Shown one piece after another: positions 35,383 to 37,696 of a DNA stretch of 37,696 nt. The position numbers and the translations under genes are program-made. The DNA is from a virus (lineage: Duplodnaviria > Caudoviricetes). The notes beneath the pieces were generated by a model. It did not search any database. It had not been told where the DNA came from and worked only from the letters and a program-made list of their open reading frames with translations. The stretch spans positions 1-37,696 of IMG/VR virus record IMGVR_UViG_3300021090_000069; one strand, written 5' to 3'. Within the stretch, counting starts at the first letter, position 1; each line of letters opens with the position of its first letter.

Positions 35383-36052
35383 CGCCTTTGAATTTATAAA
35401 ACGAAGTCCACGACTTGTAAACGCTCTGGTTTACCACCCTTACCAGGTCCTCTCCCTGCCCTTTCAGACTCTCCAGTTCCTTGACCGCCTGCTTCAGGGC
35501 GTAAGGTGAATTCACCGCCCGCTTTTTCTTCCTCACTTCCAGCCATGCCTTCCACGGATCAGCCGGAACCCAGTCAGGCAGAAGGAAAACTTCTGCCGCT
35601 TCTTTGTTCTTAACTTTCTTATAGTTCTTATAGTTCTTTAGATGTGTTCCGTCTGTTGTTCCGTCTGTTGTTCCGTCTGTTGTTCCGTCTGTTGTTCCGT
35701 CTGTTGTCCCGTCTGTTGTATCGTTGACCTGATATACTTCGTAATTTATTATTTTAATAAGCGTAGTTACACGGTTTTTCTGCTGCTCTATCTGCTGATC
35801 CGTTGAGAGTTCACTTAAAAACCGTATTACCCTGTTTCTTGACCACTTCCAGCGTTCAGAAAGTGACACTTGAGACCAGGCAAGGCTTCCACGGGGTACA
35901 TTCACCCGGACTCCTCTCACCCAAAAATGCGTTTCTTTGTAGTTTGCGAGAAAGATTAAATCCACCCAGGCCTGGGCGCGGGAAAAAGAATCTGCGGTCC
36001 ATCGAGGATGTTCCAGCAACTTTCGGTAGAGCTTTATATACCCACGATGCAT
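35354..36052 (-). CDS. Phage replication initiator (lambda O-like)
   Basis: GYIKLYRKL..H..W; RG....S...LSERWKWSR..V.RFL; I.NY..YQ; internal iterons; LPDW.P...W..W...RK. Confidence 0.88.
   Translation of the reverse strand: MHRGYIKLYRKLLEHPRWTADSFSRAQAWVDLIFLANYKETHFWVRGVRVNVPRGSLAWSQVSLSERWKWSRNRVIRFLSELSTDQQIEQQKNRVTTLIKIINYEVYQVNDTTDGTTDGTTDGTTDGTTDGTTDGTHLKNYKNYKKVKNKEAAEVFLLPDWVPADPWKAWLEVRKKKRAVNSPYALKQAVKELESLKGQGEDLVRVVNQSVYKSWTSFYKFKGGEQGGKNDW
35616..35717. repeat. Replication origin: six 12-bp iterons plus AT-rich 9-mers
   Basis: (GTTCCGTCTGTT)x5 + GTCCCGTCTGTT at 35646-35717; TTCTTATAG repeats at ~35616-35640. Confidence 0.85.
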
Positions 36053-36077
36053 TCAGTTACCGTTCATCATCCAGCAT

Positions 36078-36359
36078 TCAGCATTCAACATTGTCCTTCC
36101 CCTTCTGCGCCAGCAAATTACCTCTTTCCTCACGGTATTTTTTCATTTTTTCCCTTGCCTGGCCGATGGCATCCAGCACCATATCCAGCCGCTTCTCACC
36201 CAGCGCGATCCCCTTGTCCGTCCTCCTGGGCGCACCCCTCCCGTTGTCGAAATACAGCCTGATATCGATCGTGAACCTGTCCTCAAACCGCTCCACAAGG
36301 TTCACCCGCAAGATCCAGTTCGAGTCCTTCCTGATCTCCGCAATCGTCTCCTCAGCCAT
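36078..36359 (-). CDS. PC4/YdbC-like ssDNA-binding protein
   Basis: IAEIRK...LRV.L.E.....IDIR.YF.......T.KGIAL. Confidence 0.8.
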   Translation of the reverse strand: MAEETIAEIRKDSNWILRVNLVERFEDRFTIDIRLYFDNGRGAPRRTDKGIALGEKRLDMVLDAIGQAREKMKKYREERGNLLAQKGKDNVEC

Positions 36360-36388
36360 AATACCCCCGCAAGAGTGATGTGTAACGG

Positions 36389-36598
36389 CTATCTATAAAA
36401 ATCACCATGATCGCCGACTGTTAAGTAAAATATGCCTGCCAAGATCATGACCTGCCAGGTGTCAAAATTGAATCCAAGTCCAAACCCTACATGAGAGACG
36501 CGCACAGACAACCGTATATACTTTCTGAAAATCAGAAAATACCTGTCTCCCCGTTTCACAAAAAAAGATTTTTTCACCATTTCATTATTCCATGCCAT
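36389..36598 (-). CDS. Hypothetical aromatic-rich protein
   Basis: AT-rich ORF, probable start MAWNNE. Confidence 0.5.
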   Translation of the reverse strand: MAWNNEMVKKSFFVKRGDRYFLIFRKYIRLSVRVSHVGFGLGFNFDTWQVMILAGIFYLTVGDHGDFYR

Positions 36599-36815
36599 TG
36601 AGTTGTCTCCACGCAGCATTCCATCCCATTTCATAGGCTGCTTCAGGCAACCACGGCATACGCCACCCTAATCGTAACCAGAGAAAGGGAATATAAAGAC
36701 AGGACCCGTTCGACATCCGAGCATAAAGTGGCTTTAATTGCCACTTGCCTTTCAATTTTACCGGTCCGGAAATCTTCACTTCAACCAACCTTGCTTTAGG
36801 AAATATTCTTGCCAT
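36585..36815 (-). CDS. Hypothetical protein
   Basis: SD AAGGAG; overlaps the next gene. Confidence 0.65.
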   Translation of the reverse strand: MARIFPKARLVEVKISGPVKLKGKWQLKPLYARMSNGSCLYIPFLWLRLGWRMPWLPEAAYEMGWNAAWRQLNGME

Positions 36816-36940
36816 ATCAATCTCCTTTCAAACCTTCATAGTGCGTGAGTAACACGCAGATTCATAACGAGCGCCAATGTGACGGATATCAAAGCAGAGC
36901 CTTGAAAGAGGGCGTGCGCCCGATTTATGGCGTGGGACAG

Positions 36941-36998
36941 GAGCGCCAACAACCGGATCGAGCAGACCCCAGACAGGCAGCTCATCCGTCACATTAAA
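36941..36998 (-). other. attC-like imperfect palindrome
   Basis: TTTAAT-GTGA-CGGATGAGC...GCTC(G)ATCCG-GTT-GTTGGCG with an extrahelical base; starts at an ORF stop codon. Confidence 0.45.
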
Positions 36999-37285
36999 TT
37001 TCCTCAAATATCTTTCGCAGTTCTTCATTCTCAGGCTGTCTATACCAGAGAAAGGAAATGATCTTACGATATGCCGCCCACTCGCCTTGCCATAGAGCCT
37101 CTTTCACAATATTCCCGGCAATCACTTCAGCTTGTCGTTCCGTTTTGACAATAACGGCATCATCCCGGATAAAATTTACGACCCGGAATAAACGTGGTTT
37201 GGTTTCAGGCTCCGGTCTGTGGCCGGGCCGCCTGATGATAGCGTTCCCCCTTCGGGGGACCGCTCAACTGCCGCATTAAATTTCC

Positions 37286-37687
37286 TCAAACACTCTCGCC
37301 CTGGTTAAATTTCTCCCTCATCCCCTTCGCCACGATCTCGACCGTCTTCTGCAGCAGCTCCGGGTTCCCGTAATGCACATTCAGCACCATGTCCGGCTCG
37401 ATCTCCGCCTGCTCAGTCTCCGAGATGTGCCGGGCTTGCAGGCCTGTCAGCTTGTCTTGCCTTATCCCTGAGTGCTGGATCCGGATCACCTTCCCCCCTT
37501 GCGCCCTGATCTCCGCGGCCTCGTTCCTGAACCGCACATCGTCAAAGACAATATTCCCCTCGACACAGCAGATCTCGTTCCTCGACTGCTTCAGGAAATA
37601 GTCAGGGTCCAGCTCCCGGATAATGTCCCCGAGCTTCTGCAGCAGGTCCCTCACATACGGCGGCTTCGTCTCATACACCTCCTGAGG
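37286..37687 (-). CDS. Deoxynucleoside monophosphate kinase-like protein, C-terminal part
   Basis: RDLLQKLG, FDDVRFRNEA..IR..GG..IRI, HISE; in frame with 156..1. Confidence 0.88.
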   Translation of the reverse strand, partial: PQEVYETKPPYVRDLLQKLGDIIRELDPDYFLKQSRNEICCVEGNIVFDDVRFRNEAAEIRAQGGKVIRIQHSGIRQDKLTGLQARHISETEQAEIEPDMVLNVHYGNPELLQKTVEIVAKGMREKFNQGESV

Positions 37688-37696
37688 CGTGCAGCG

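Larger units (their letters stand above)
1..37696. mobile_element. Complete circular temperate podovirus-like phage genome (excised form with attP)
   Basis: Full set of portal, capsid, tail, terminase, lysis, replication, repressor and integrase genes with no host genes; 9-nt terminal overlap CGTGCAGCG; gene continuous across the ends. Confidence 0.92.

Noticed and set aside
35646-35717. CRISPR array
   Set aside because: Contiguous 12-bp units with no spacers inside the initiator gene; these are iterons.
1-37696. Alternative genetic code or stop-codon reassignment
   Set aside because: Core genes (portal, capsid, TerL, nozzle, integrase) are full length in the standard code and coding density is high.

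Overview
The window is an apparently complete, circular, excised temperate phage genome of about 37.7 kb. The last 9 nt repeat the first 9 nt, and a dNMP-kinase-like gene reads in frame across the junction. The virion module is podovirus-type (T7/BPP-1/epsilon15-like): portal, scaffold, major capsid, tail tubular A/B, GNAT, internal virion proteins, TerL and tail fibre. Almost all genes lie on the minus strand; the only plus-strand operon is cI repressor, a secreted protein and a tyrosine integrase. It is followed by an attP-like site whose core is the 3' part of tRNA-Pro(GGG). The most unusual feature is a ~7 kb block (18787-25538) inserted into the virion module, in which seven consecutive genes carry Sec- or lipoprotein-type signal peptides although several look like phage fibre or appendage proteins. 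Other oddities are a structured RNA leader with a tRNA-like cloverleaf where cro would normally sit, an ADP-ribosyltransferase-like module in an ejected protein, a tail-fibre-adaptor-like insert in TerL, attC-like hairpins in the early region, a promoter-bearing moron sharing sequence with the early promoter, and many 7-9 nt tandem repeats at gene junctions. All family assignments come from motif recognition by eye; no database searches were run.
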